From positions 32,001 through 96,000 of the forward strand of contig JAXMOL010000004.1 of assembly GCA_034669905.1 (NCBI GenBank): 64,000 bases of DNA. The letters are read 5' to 3'. This document shows positions 33,799 through 42,416 of the stretch, piece after piece (within the stretch, counting starts at the first letter, position 1; every line of letters begins with the position of its first letter). The notes below the pieces were generated by a model that made no database searches, was not told where the DNA came from, and saw nothing but the letters and a program-made list of their open reading frames with translations. This DNA comes from Candidatus Hydrogenedentota bacterium (lineage in GTDB: Bacteria > Hydrogenedentota > Hydrogenedentia > Hydrogenedentales > JAEUWI01). The translations under genes were made by a program, and so were the position numbers.

Positions 33799-34686
33799 CT
33801 ATTTCCAGGGGGGCGTGTCCGGGAGGTACTCTTCAAACTCTGCAATGACCGCCGCTTCGTAGGCACCGGCATATTCACCGGCAAAGAATTTGTCCAGCGC
33901 TTCGTCATGAAACCGTTTCCAGGACGCATCCTCGTGCCCGGGATTGATCGGGTAGAAAAGGGCTCCGTTGGCCTCGGCCGCCTTGCGGTCACCCGGTGCA
34001 TCACCGACCATGAGGATACGAGACTTCTCGTAGCGGCCTTCCGAGGCCAGGGCAATGTGTTCGTTTTTCTTGCCCTGTTCCTGACCGGCGATGGTGAAGA
34101 CGTACTTGGCGAGGTCCTGGCCTTCCCATTCTTCACGAAGGGCGCCCGTCGGGGTGGCCGAGCAGACCATCAGGTCGGCATGGGCTCCGGCTTTCTCCAA
34201 GGATTCGCGTACATAGGGGAAGGGGGGGAGCCCTTCGCCGACGATCTCGCCAACGGTCACATTAACCGCCTTGCTCCAGGCCAGGGCCCGGTGCATATCT
34301 TCATGATCGTGTTCCGCGCAGTAGGCTTCCAGGGCAGGATTGCCCAGCTTGGATTCAGTTTCCAGCCACTTGCGAAGATTGGGGATGTCCGGGAGGCGGA
34401 AGCCACGGGCCTGCACTTCCGGGCGCTCGATAAGGAGGTCGAAGGCATCGACCAGCGCGGGGAAGCGGTTAATGCCGCGCCACTTGGAGTAGAGATTGAC
34501 GAACTCAGCGGCTTCCCGGGCGTATTTGGAAACGGCCTGCAGGCCCCAGAATTTGATGATATTGGGGATGAAACACTCTTTGTGCTTCAACTCCATGGTG
34601 TCAAAGGCACAGCCGTCTGAATCGATGCAGATAAGAAATTCGTGACCAGGTTTGTGGTCGCGGAGGGGTTGGGTCGGATCACTCAT
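33799..34686 (-). CDS. HAD-superfamily hydrolase/phosphotransferase
   Basis: Motif I DSDG, motif II CS, motif III K, motif IV GDAPGD. Confidence 0.8.
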   Translation of the reverse strand: MSDPTQPLRDHKPGHEFLICIDSDGCAFDTMELKHKECFIPNIIKFWGLQAVSKYAREAAEFVNLYSKWRGINRFPALVDAFDLLIERPEVQARGFRLPDIPNLRKWLETESKLGNPALEAYCAEHDHEDMHRALAWSKAVNVTVGEIVGEGLPPFPYVRESLEKAGAHADLMVCSATPTGALREEWEGQDLAKYVFTIAGQEQGKKNEHIALASEGRYEKSRILMVGDAPGDRKAAEANGALFYPINPGHEDASWKRFHDEALDKFFAGEYAGAYEAAVIAEFEEYLPDTPPWK

Positions 34687-34739
34687 GGGGAAAACCTTTC
34701 TTCCAGACTGCGCCAGGCGCAGCACACATAATCTTAGGG

Positions 34740-35570
34740 CTAGACGCCCGAAAAGGCAGAGAAACCACCGTCGACAGGAATCATCGTGCCGGTGACAAAT
34801 TTGGAGGCATCGCTGGCAAGCCAGATGGCGGCGCCCTTTAATTCATCCGCATCGCCATAGCGCCCCATGGGGGTGTGGTCGATGATGCTCTTACCCCGCG
34901 CCGTGGGCGCACCGGTCGCTTCGTCGGTCAGGAGAAAACGATTTTGTTCGGTGAGGAAAAAACCGGGAGCAATGGCATTGACGCGGAACTTCGGATTGTA
35001 TTCCTGGGCCATATGTACCGCGAGCCACTGGGTAAAGTTGCTCACGGCGGCTTTCGCCGCGCTATAGCCCGGGATACGGGTAAGGGGCCGAACGGCATTC
35101 ATGGAGGTAATATTAATGACATTGCCACCGTGCTCGTTTTTCAGCATGGCCTTACCAAAAATTTGGGTCGGAATAATGACCCCGCCGGCCAGGTTCAAAT
35201 CCATAATACGGGATATGGCATCATCGGGAATCTGGAAAAAGGACTGTTCCGGGGAGGTCGTCGCCTCCTTCAAGTTACCGCCAACCCCATTTACCAGGAT
35301 GTCGATGTGCTCAAAATCGGCCAGGATGGCGCTTTTACAATCCTCTGTGATGCTCGCACAATGGACATCGAGTGCGTAGGCATGGGCTTCACCGCCTGCG
35401 GCGACAATCTTGTCCGCAACCCGCTTGGCGTTGTCCACATTGCGGCTCGTAACCGCCACCCGTGCGCCGGCCTCTGCGAGACCTTCGGCAATGGCACCAC
35501 CGAGGGTGCCGCCACCACCGGTTATAATTGCGGTTTTACCGGTCAGATCGAAGAGAGGATGAGCTTGCAT
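34740..35570 (-). CDS. SDR oxidoreductase, D-mannonate oxidoreductase (UxuB)-like
   Basis: TGGGGTLG, NGVGGN, SMNA, PLTRIPGYSAAKAAVSNFTQWLA, APGFFLTEQNRFLL, HTPMGR. Confidence 0.8.
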   Translation of the reverse strand: MQAHPLFDLTGKTAIITGGGGTLGGAIAEGLAEAGARVAVTSRNVDNAKRVADKIVAAGGEAHAYALDVHCASITEDCKSAILADFEHIDILVNGVGGNLKEATTSPEQSFFQIPDDAISRIMDLNLAGGVIIPTQIFGKAMLKNEHGGNVINITSMNAVRPLTRIPGYSAAKAAVSNFTQWLAVHMAQEYNPKFRVNAIAPGFFLTEQNRFLLTDEATGAPTARGKSIIDHTPMGRYGDADELKGAAIWLASDASKFVTGTMIPVDGGFSAFSGV

Positions 35571-35794
35571 GAAATTCCTAGCATTAAGTTAGTGATACAC
35601 TGTCGTGGAAGGCACCATCGAATTAGCCGACGAAAAGGTCCCGGGGCGTACCTTAGCCTACGGGATTCCAATCGAAAACGTGGCCAGCAACATGGGGTGG
35701 AGCGAGGTGTTCTGCACACCGAGAACCCGGAAAATCGTAGCACATGGCCCCCATTGGCGACAAGGCGCGGCTCAATCCCGCTAGAGGGAGTTGC

Positions 35795-36565
35795 ATGATG
35801 ACGTTACGCATTGGCATGGGACAGATGACCGTTGTGGGTGGTGATTCGGAAGGAAATCTCTGCCGTGCGGAGGCGATGATTTCGGCGGCCGCGTCTTCCC
35901 AGTGCGATATGGTCGTTTTGCCGGAGTGTCTGGATTTGGGGTGGACCCATCCCACGGCTGCGACAGAAGGAGCGCCTGTTCCGGGACCCAGAACCGAGCG
36001 CCTCGGGCGTGCCGCCCAAAAACACGGGCTCTATGTCGCCGCCGGGTTAACGGAATGTTCCGGGCGGGAAGTCTACAATGCGGCCATATTGCTTGGTCCA
36101 GACGGTGACCTGCTCCTGACCCATCGAAAGATCAATGAACTGGCTATTGGGCGCACTCTTTATGGGGTAGGGGACCGCCTTTCAGTCGCCGAAACACCGT
36201 GGGGGCGGGTAGGCCTGCTGATTTGCGCAGATAACTTTTCAGATGCATCCACGCTTGGAAGGAGCCTGGCCACTATGGGCGCGGGACTCGTCCTTTCACC
36301 CTGCGCCTGGGCGGTCCCGGCAGATCATGATCCCGTGACGGCCCCGTACGGGGACCTGTGGAAAGAGGCCTACGGCAGTCTTGCCCGTGAAGTGAAGCTC
36401 ACCACGGTGGGCGTCAGCAATGTGGGGTATTTGGAAGACGGGCCATGGAAAGGACGCCGCTGCATTGGCTGTTCCCTCGCAGTCGGGGCCGATGGCCAGA
36501 CGGTCGTACAAGCCCCGTACGGCGTCGATGCCGAAGGGCTATATGTCGTAGACTTGAACCTGTAA
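35795..36565 (+). CDS. Carbon-nitrogen hydrolase (nitrilase superfamily)
   Basis: Glu-Lys-Cys triad in LPEC, HRK, ICAD. Confidence 0.85.
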   Translation: MMTLRIGMGQMTVVGGDSEGNLCRAEAMISAAASSQCDMVVLPECLDLGWTHPTAATEGAPVPGPRTERLGRAAQKHGLYVAAGLTECSGREVYNAAILLGPDGDLLLTHRKINELAIGRTLYGVGDRLSVAETPWGRVGLLICADNFSDASTLGRSLATMGAGLVLSPCAWAVPADHDPVTAPYGDLWKEAYGSLAREVKLTTVGVSNVGYLEDGPWKGRRCIGCSLAVGADGQTVVQAPYGVDAEGLYVVDLNL

Positions 36566-36591
36566 ATCGGGGGGCATCGTTGGGGAACGCA

Positions 36592-36620
36592 TTGAATTGA
36601 AAACGTCGGTGCGCTACCAT
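36592..36620 (+). promoter_or_regulatory. Putative sigma70 promoter for the GT4-WecB pair
   Basis: TTGAAT-17 nt-TACCAT. Confidence 0.45.
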
Positions 36621-36700
36621 CAGGCAAATATTTTTTGCAGCGTCTCTCGGACGAATACCGTGGCGGCCTTCAGGTCGTTTCTTGATTGGAGTTGAAGCGG

Positions 36701-37873
36701 ATGCGAATCCTGGTGACGACCTTTGGCGGGGACGGTGGGAAATCTGGCGTAAGCCAATATATCATTCAATTTCTGCGCTACTGCCGAAGCTGTGCGCCCG
36801 ATATGACCTTTGACGTAATTCTCTACGAAGATGAGAAGGCCGTCTATACGGACCAGGACCCGGCGTTCGAAACTATCTGCCAGGCCGAATGGTTGCGCTC
36901 GGCGTCGGTCAATATTTTATGGCATCAATGGGGACTTCCCGCTCTCTGCAGGAAAAACGGCTATGATGCGGTTTTTATCCCTGGGGGAAACCGACGGTTG
37001 CCGTGGCGACTGCCCTGTCCGACGGTGGTGACGTGTCACGACCTGGGCATCCTCCATGTCCCGGATAAATACGATGCGGTTCACCGCTTTTACAACCTCC
37101 GCATCTTGCCCCATCTTCTCAAACGTCAGACCCGTATCCTGACGGTGAGTGAGACGAGCAAAGAAGACATCGTTTCTTACACCGGCGTACCCGACGAGCG
37201 GGTGACGGTCACCCTCAATGGTGTGGACCATGAAACTTATCAGCCCGGTGATGTCGAAGAAGCACGGGCGCTTGTCGCGAAGAACTACGGGGTAGAGACG
37301 CCCTATCTGCTCTACATCGCCCGAATCGATCACCCGGGCAAGAATCACATCCGGCTCATTGAAGCCTTTGCACGCCTGAAGGCCGAGACCGACTTACCCC
37401 ATACTCTGGTGCTCGCGGGTAGCGACTGGAGTCGCGCCGAAGAAGTCCACCAGGTAGCGGAATCTTCGAGCGCGGCGGAACACATTGTGTTCACGGGGTT
37501 TGCACCCAGCGAAGATCTGCCAGCCCTCTATCGGGGGGCCGATTTGTTCGTTTTTCCCTCCCTCTTTGAGGGCTTCGGTATTCCCATCGTCGAGGCGATG
37601 AACTGTGGTACCCCCGTGGCCTGCGCTGACATTTCCTGCTTGCCCGAAATTGCGGGCGATGCGGCTGTTCTCTTTGACCCCTACGATACCGCTGCCATGG
37701 CAGAAGCCCTGGAGCGGGCCCTTACAGACGACGCGCTTCGGGCCCAGTGCATCGAGCGGGGTAAGGTCCGGGCCAAACGCTATAACTGGGAGGATACGGT
37801 TCAACAGACCGTGGACATTATCCGCGAAGTGGCCACGTCCCACGGCGCAACAGAGAAACAAGATCATGAGTGA
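36701..37873 (+). CDS. Glycosyltransferase family 4
   Basis: HDL, TVSE, KN, FPSLFEGFGIPIVEAM motifs. Confidence 0.9.
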   Translation: MRILVTTFGGDGGKSGVSQYIIQFLRYCRSCAPDMTFDVILYEDEKAVYTDQDPAFETICQAEWLRSASVNILWHQWGLPALCRKNGYDAVFIPGGNRRLPWRLPCPTVVTCHDLGILHVPDKYDAVHRFYNLRILPHLLKRQTRILTVSETSKEDIVSYTGVPDERVTVTLNGVDHETYQPGDVEEARALVAKNYGVETPYLLYIARIDHPGKNHIRLIEAFARLKAETDLPHTLVLAGSDWSRAEEVHQVAESSSAAEHIVFTGFAPSEDLPALYRGADLFVFPSLFEGFGIPIVEAMNCGTPVACADISCLPEIAGDAAVLFDPYDTAAMAEALERALTDDALRAQCIERGKVRAKRYNWEDTVQQTVDIIREVATSHGATEKQDHE

Positions 37874-38690
37874 TTCGACGCCGAAAAATGGGGAAGTGCC
37901 CCGCTGCGCTGTAGACGGCCTGGAAACGGTCAGTCTCTTCAATATGCCGATCAATAATCTGACCCTCGAGGAAACCCTGACCGCGATGGGCGCCCATATC
38001 ACGGCGGGAAAGCAGGGCTACGTGGTGACACCCAATGTGGATCACGCGGTGGAATATGCGGAAAACGAACGCTTTCGCAAAGCCTACCAGGAAGCGAGCT
38101 TCGTATTGGCCGATGGGGTTCCGATTCTCTGGGCGGGCAAACTCTTCGGCAAGCCAATCAAGGAAAAAATCAGTGGCTCCGACCTCTTGTATTGGTTGTC
38201 GGAATACGCCGCTGAACATGGTCACGCGGTCTTTCTGCTGGGAGCCGCAGAAGGGGTAGGAGCGGAAGCCGGTCGAATTCTGGAAGAAAAATATCCCGGC
38301 CTGAAAGTGGCCGGAACCTATTCGCCGCCCCTGGGTTTTGAAAAAGATCCCGTGGAAAATCAGAAAGCCATTGACGCCATCAAGGAATCTGGCGCGGCCA
38401 TCTGTTACACCGCATTAGGCGCGCCCAAACAGGACCTGTGGAATTGGCGCTATCACCAGGAGACCGGCGCCAATCTCTGTCTTGGAATCGGGGCCTCCCT
38501 CGATTTTGTGGCCGGTCGTGTGAAGCGGGCCCCCGTCTGGATGCAACGCTGTGGGCTGGAATGGACCTGGCGCATTCTTCAGGAGCCGGTACGCATGGGG
38601 AAGCGATACCTGATCCGGGATGCGTATTTTCTGGTGCTGCTCTGGCGGGAGTGGCGTCATGGCAGTCGCACATGGAGTACAGAAGATTAG
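37866..38690 (+). CDS. WecB/TagA/CpsF family glycosyltransferase (GT26)
   Basis: VTPNVDH, ADG, GSDL, LGAPKQ, RAPVWMQRCGLEW; 8-nt overlap with GT4. Confidence 0.88.
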   Translation: MSDSTPKNGEVPRCAVDGLETVSLFNMPINNLTLEETLTAMGAHITAGKQGYVVTPNVDHAVEYAENERFRKAYQEASFVLADGVPILWAGKLFGKPIKEKISGSDLLYWLSEYAAEHGHAVFLLGAAEGVGAEAGRILEEKYPGLKVAGTYSPPLGFEKDPVENQKAIDAIKESGAAICYTALGAPKQDLWNWRYHQETGANLCLGIGASLDFVAGRVKRAPVWMQRCGLEWTWRILQEPVRMGKRYLIRDAYFLVLLWREWRHGSRTWSTED

Positions 38691-38773
38691 ATAGCAGAAC
38701 AGAAGTTGTTATTCTTGTGGGGCGGCCATTACAATGGTTATGTATTTTCAGGGGACGTGCGATTCGCAGCGCA

Positions 38774-39880
38774 ATGCAAACGCGGACGAAGCATAAAACA
38801 CCGAAGGGAGAACGTATTGTGACCCATTGGGCCACTGCGTACGCTGCTCACATCACGGAGCACATGACCCAGGCACTCCTGGTCACCGATGCACACTTTC
38901 GTGTGCTGCATGCCAGTCAGCGGGCCGCAGAACTATTGCAGGTCCCCGATGTCGCCGAGTTGATAGACACGTGCCTTTCGTCCACGGCGAGCGAGGAAGC
39001 GATTGGGGTTACGCCTGATTTTTACAGAGATTCCTCGGACGCAGTGGTCGACGGTCGCTACCACGTCCTGGCACCTGGGGCGAATGAGGTGGAAGTCCAT
39101 ATCACCTTTGTCGCGACGAGAGAGCCGCAGGAAGGCTATCTTATCCTTCTCGAGAGGGTGGCCGTCATAGATGCCATCGACGCGGAGGTTTTTCAATCGG
39201 AAAAACTCGCGGCGATGGATAACATTGTGGCGGGAGTGGCCCATGAGCTGAATAATCCCATGACGGCCATTCTCGGCTATTCGGAACTGCTTCTTCAGAC
39301 GGAACAAAATGCCCGCCGCAAACAGCGAATTGCCCTTATCGCGGAAGAAGCGGATCGCTGTGGGAAGATCATTGCTAACATGCTTTCCTTCACCCGCAGT
39401 TTCGGCAATGACTATGAGATGGCCAATATCGGACTGCTCCTGGATGAAGTCATATCGCTCCGCGCTTATCAGATGCGGGTGGATGGTGTGGCCTTGAACA
39501 TCCAGGTCGCACGGAACATTCCCATGAGTGCGGTGCAACCCTCGGCCATTCGCCGACTTTTCCTCAATATCGTTCACAACGCCCATCAGGCCCTTCAAGA
39601 GGTTCCGACTACCGCGCGCCGCTTTGATGTCGACCTCGCCTGTGAGAACGATCGGATTCAGATTCGTATGAGTGATACGGGGCCGGGTATCCCGGAAGAG
39701 GTGCGCTACAAAATATTTGACCCCTTCTTTTCGACACGCCCTTTCGGCGAAGGTATGGGATTGGGGCTGAGCGTCGCCTATGGCATCGTACATGAGCACA
39801 AAGGAAAAATCTGGATGGAGCCCCGCGACGGGGGCGGTACGAGCATCCATATAGAGTTCCCGATTAATCAGCCGTCGTAA
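38774..39880 (+). CDS. Cytoplasmic PAS-like sensor histidine kinase (orphan)
   Basis: SEKLAA..AGVAHELNNP, DTGPGI, FDPFFST, GMGLGL; alternative GTG start at 38819 has a GGAG RBS. Confidence 0.85.
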   Translation: MQTRTKHKTPKGERIVTHWATAYAAHITEHMTQALLVTDAHFRVLHASQRAAELLQVPDVAELIDTCLSSTASEEAIGVTPDFYRDSSDAVVDGRYHVLAPGANEVEVHITFVATREPQEGYLILLERVAVIDAIDAEVFQSEKLAAMDNIVAGVAHELNNPMTAILGYSELLLQTEQNARRKQRIALIAEEADRCGKIIANMLSFTRSFGNDYEMANIGLLLDEVISLRAYQMRVDGVALNIQVARNIPMSAVQPSAIRRLFLNIVHNAHQALQEVPTTARRFDVDLACENDRIQIRMSDTGPGIPEEVRYKIFDPFFSTRPFGEGMGLGLSVAYGIVHEHKGKIWMEPRDGGGTSIHIEFPINQPS

Positions 39881-39920
39881 TTGTCTTACGGAATGATAGC
39901 ACCTTGATGGGAAACGAGAA

Positions 39921-40976
39921 ATGGCTCGGGTAGACACACTGAATACCTGTACGATAGCACCGGAAGAACTGGTATTTCGCGACACAGAGGAGCTGGCCCG
40001 ACACCTGGATCGCACTCCGGATGTGACCGTATCGACGCTCGGCCAATCTCGGTCGGGCCAATCCCTCTATGGTTATACGATGGGAACGGGCCCCCTGACC
40101 GTGTCGATAACGGCCGGGTGCCATGCCGATGAGCCTGCGGGGCCCATGACTGCCCAGTTGTTGCCCTTGCTCTTGCGGACCTATGCCCCTGATCTTCTGG
40201 CGCAATTTTCCTTTCGGGTGGCCCCCCAGATGAACCCCGACAACGCCGACCGAAACCGGCCCTGGTTTTCCGACGCACCGGATTTTCTCACCTATCTGGC
40301 CCACGCACACCGGGAAATGCCGGGAGACGATGTGGAGTTTGGCTTTTCCGAGAGCCCGGAAGCCCGACCGGAATGCCGCGCGGCCATTCCTTTCTTGTGG
40401 CATCACGCGCCGGTGGTGGCCCACTTTTCGCTCCACGGTATGGCGTGGGCTGAAGGGGCGTGGTATCTCCTCAACGCGCCCTGGGCAGAACGCAGCCAAG
40501 CCCTGCGCGAGCAGCTCTATGCCATCACCGCAGCGCAGGGTATGGGGCTCCATGAGATTGACCGCAAGGGGGCGAAAGGCTTTACCCGTATTGCCGAAGG
40601 GTTCGCTACCACCCCCAGCAGTGTGGCCATGCGGGCCTTCTTCGAGGATGAGAATGATCCGGAGATGGCAAAAAAATTCCTGCCCAGTTCCATGGAGGTG
40701 GCGATGGCGACGGGCGACGATCCCCTTTGTATGGTAAGTGAGTTACCGTTGTTTTTGCTCGACGTTCCACCATCTATCGACGATCCCGTTCTGTTTCGCT
40801 TTCGCGATGCCCTCAATGGGGCCCGTGCGGCAGGAGATAAGGAATCACTGGAGCGATTGATAGAAAACTTTCGCGTCACACCGGTTCCCTTCGCAACCCA
40901 GGTTCGACTCCAGTTTGCCATGGTCGTCTGCGCCTTGGATCAGGTGGCGTCTCGGCGCGCCTGGGCATCGAGATAG
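39921..40976 (+). CDS. M14-like zinc carboxypeptidase/deacylase
   Basis: AGCHADEP (HxxE), PQMNPD, RPE, SLHG. Confidence 0.72.
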   Translation: MARVDTLNTCTIAPEELVFRDTEELARHLDRTPDVTVSTLGQSRSGQSLYGYTMGTGPLTVSITAGCHADEPAGPMTAQLLPLLLRTYAPDLLAQFSFRVAPQMNPDNADRNRPWFSDAPDFLTYLAHAHREMPGDDVEFGFSESPEARPECRAAIPFLWHHAPVVAHFSLHGMAWAEGAWYLLNAPWAERSQALREQLYAITAAQGMGLHEIDRKGAKGFTRIAEGFATTPSSVAMRAFFEDENDPEMAKKFLPSSMEVAMATGDDPLCMVSELPLFLLDVPPSIDDPVLFRFRDALNGARAAGDKESLERLIENFRVTPVPFATQVRLQFAMVVCALDQVASRRAWASR

Positions 40977-42388
40977 GCCAGCAGGGCGCAGTCTTTGCAG
41001 CTCGGATTACTCTTGCACCAGTCTTCGTGTAATTGAAGCACGCCTTGTTGCCGCTGAAATCCGAAGCGGAGTTTATGGTCTCCCAGAATACGGGGCAGCA
41101 TGCGCTTGTAGATGTGGTTGTCGGGTTCCATGGGCAGGCGGTGGTAGAAATCCAGTATCTGTTCTTCCCAACTGCGTTGACCGGACGAGCGCGCCCGGGC
41201 CAGGGCGAGGGGCACGAATACGTTCCCGATTATGGAGCGCACCCGACCCGTGCCAACCGGTGCGGTGCGGACCTTCATCGCGGCACGGTCTATGCGATAA
41301 TGATTCGCCCAGAAGCCCATGGGCGCAGGAAAAAGTCCCTCGAACGCACGCCGCAACGCCACGGTGTTATCCGCGGATTTCCAATAGCGGTCCAGTGATT
41401 CGACCAGGCCATGGCGGCTGGTCCGGCTTACGAGGGCAGCGAGGCCCGCGATGCGCCGGCCCGGATAGTTATTGGGCCGCACCCCGGCCATTTTCCAATC
41501 CATTGCCAGGGGGCGCATTTGAGGGAAATGGCGTGCCCGAAGCGCGATGAGACGTTCGGCGTGGGGGGCAGGCGGATTCTCCCCGTCATCCGCATCAGGT
41601 AACAGATCAGCCAGGTAAAGCAAGGCGGCCTCCAGGAGAAAGGGTTCCTGATGGGCCAACTGTACGGCCCGGTCATAGGGGAGCGCCCGGGCCAGGCGCT
41701 CGAAGTGTTCTGTAAACCGACTATAGCCCAACGCACGGGCAATGAGTTCATAACTTGCCTGGTTGGCCCCAACGGCCTTGATGCGTTCGTGAATGTAGCG
41801 CGTCTTATTCAGCAAGCGCCAATCCCCAGAGAGGCGCAGAAAATCGGTGAGTATCTCGGCCTGGCCTTCTGCGACAAAGCGGTTGCAACTACCGTGACAG
41901 CGTGGCGCCAGATCAGGCGCCACTTCCACATCGGCCAGGGGCTTCAACCTGCCCCGCTCGATACGACACAGGGCGTCCAGACAAAGGTGGGGGAGGGCCT
42001 GGCCGGAAGCGGTCTCTACGCGGGTCTTCGGATCAGGCGGTGGATGGAGCAATACATGGAGCAACACCTCATTGTACCGTTCGTCACGATGGTGACCATG
42101 CTGATACCAGGCGGATTGCTCCAAATGAATTTCGACATCCCCCGTGTAGAGGACCCCGTTAAATTCGAGTTGGGCGCCCTGGAAGTCCGGGCCGGCGCAA
42201 TGGTTCCACCAGCCGGGTGAAAGGACTTCCACACGATGCCCTTCCAGGGTCTTCACGGGCCCGGCCGCTACCGCATGGTCATACCAGAATTGCTGGACCA
42301 CCTGTTCGGGGAGGCCGGTCTCCCGGTCTTCCCGCACCACGAAAGATCGGGCGGCATCGTAGGCTGCCAATTCGTATTCGATTCCCAT
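40940..42388 (-). CDS. DUF2851 family protein
   Basis: PGWWN..GPDF, GDVEIH, WYQHGHH.D..YNEVLLHV, RPNNYP, C-terminal CxxxxxCxxC. Confidence 0.8.
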   Translation of the reverse strand: MGIEYELAAYDAARSFVVREDRETGLPEQVVQQFWYDHAVAAGPVKTLEGHRVEVLSPGWWNHCAGPDFQGAQLEFNGVLYTGDVEIHLEQSAWYQHGHHRDERYNEVLLHVLLHPPPDPKTRVETASGQALPHLCLDALCRIERGRLKPLADVEVAPDLAPRCHGSCNRFVAEGQAEILTDFLRLSGDWRLLNKTRYIHERIKAVGANQASYELIARALGYSRFTEHFERLARALPYDRAVQLAHQEPFLLEAALLYLADLLPDADDGENPPAPHAERLIALRARHFPQMRPLAMDWKMAGVRPNNYPGRRIAGLAALVSRTSRHGLVESLDRYWKSADNTVALRRAFEGLFPAPMGFWANHYRIDRAAMKVRTAPVGTGRVRSIIGNVFVPLALARARSSGQRSWEEQILDFYHRLPMEPDNHIYKRMLPRILGDHKLRFGFQRQQGVLQLHEDWCKSNPSCKDCALLAYLDAQARRDAT

Positions 42389-42416
42389 CTATGGCCCCAC
42401 TGCGGTTCTGGTGATT

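Noticed and set aside
40940..40976. Convergent 3' gene overlaps (also 11635-11651 and 49030-49076)
   Set aside because: Short tail overlaps are common in compact GC-rich genomes; no sign of function
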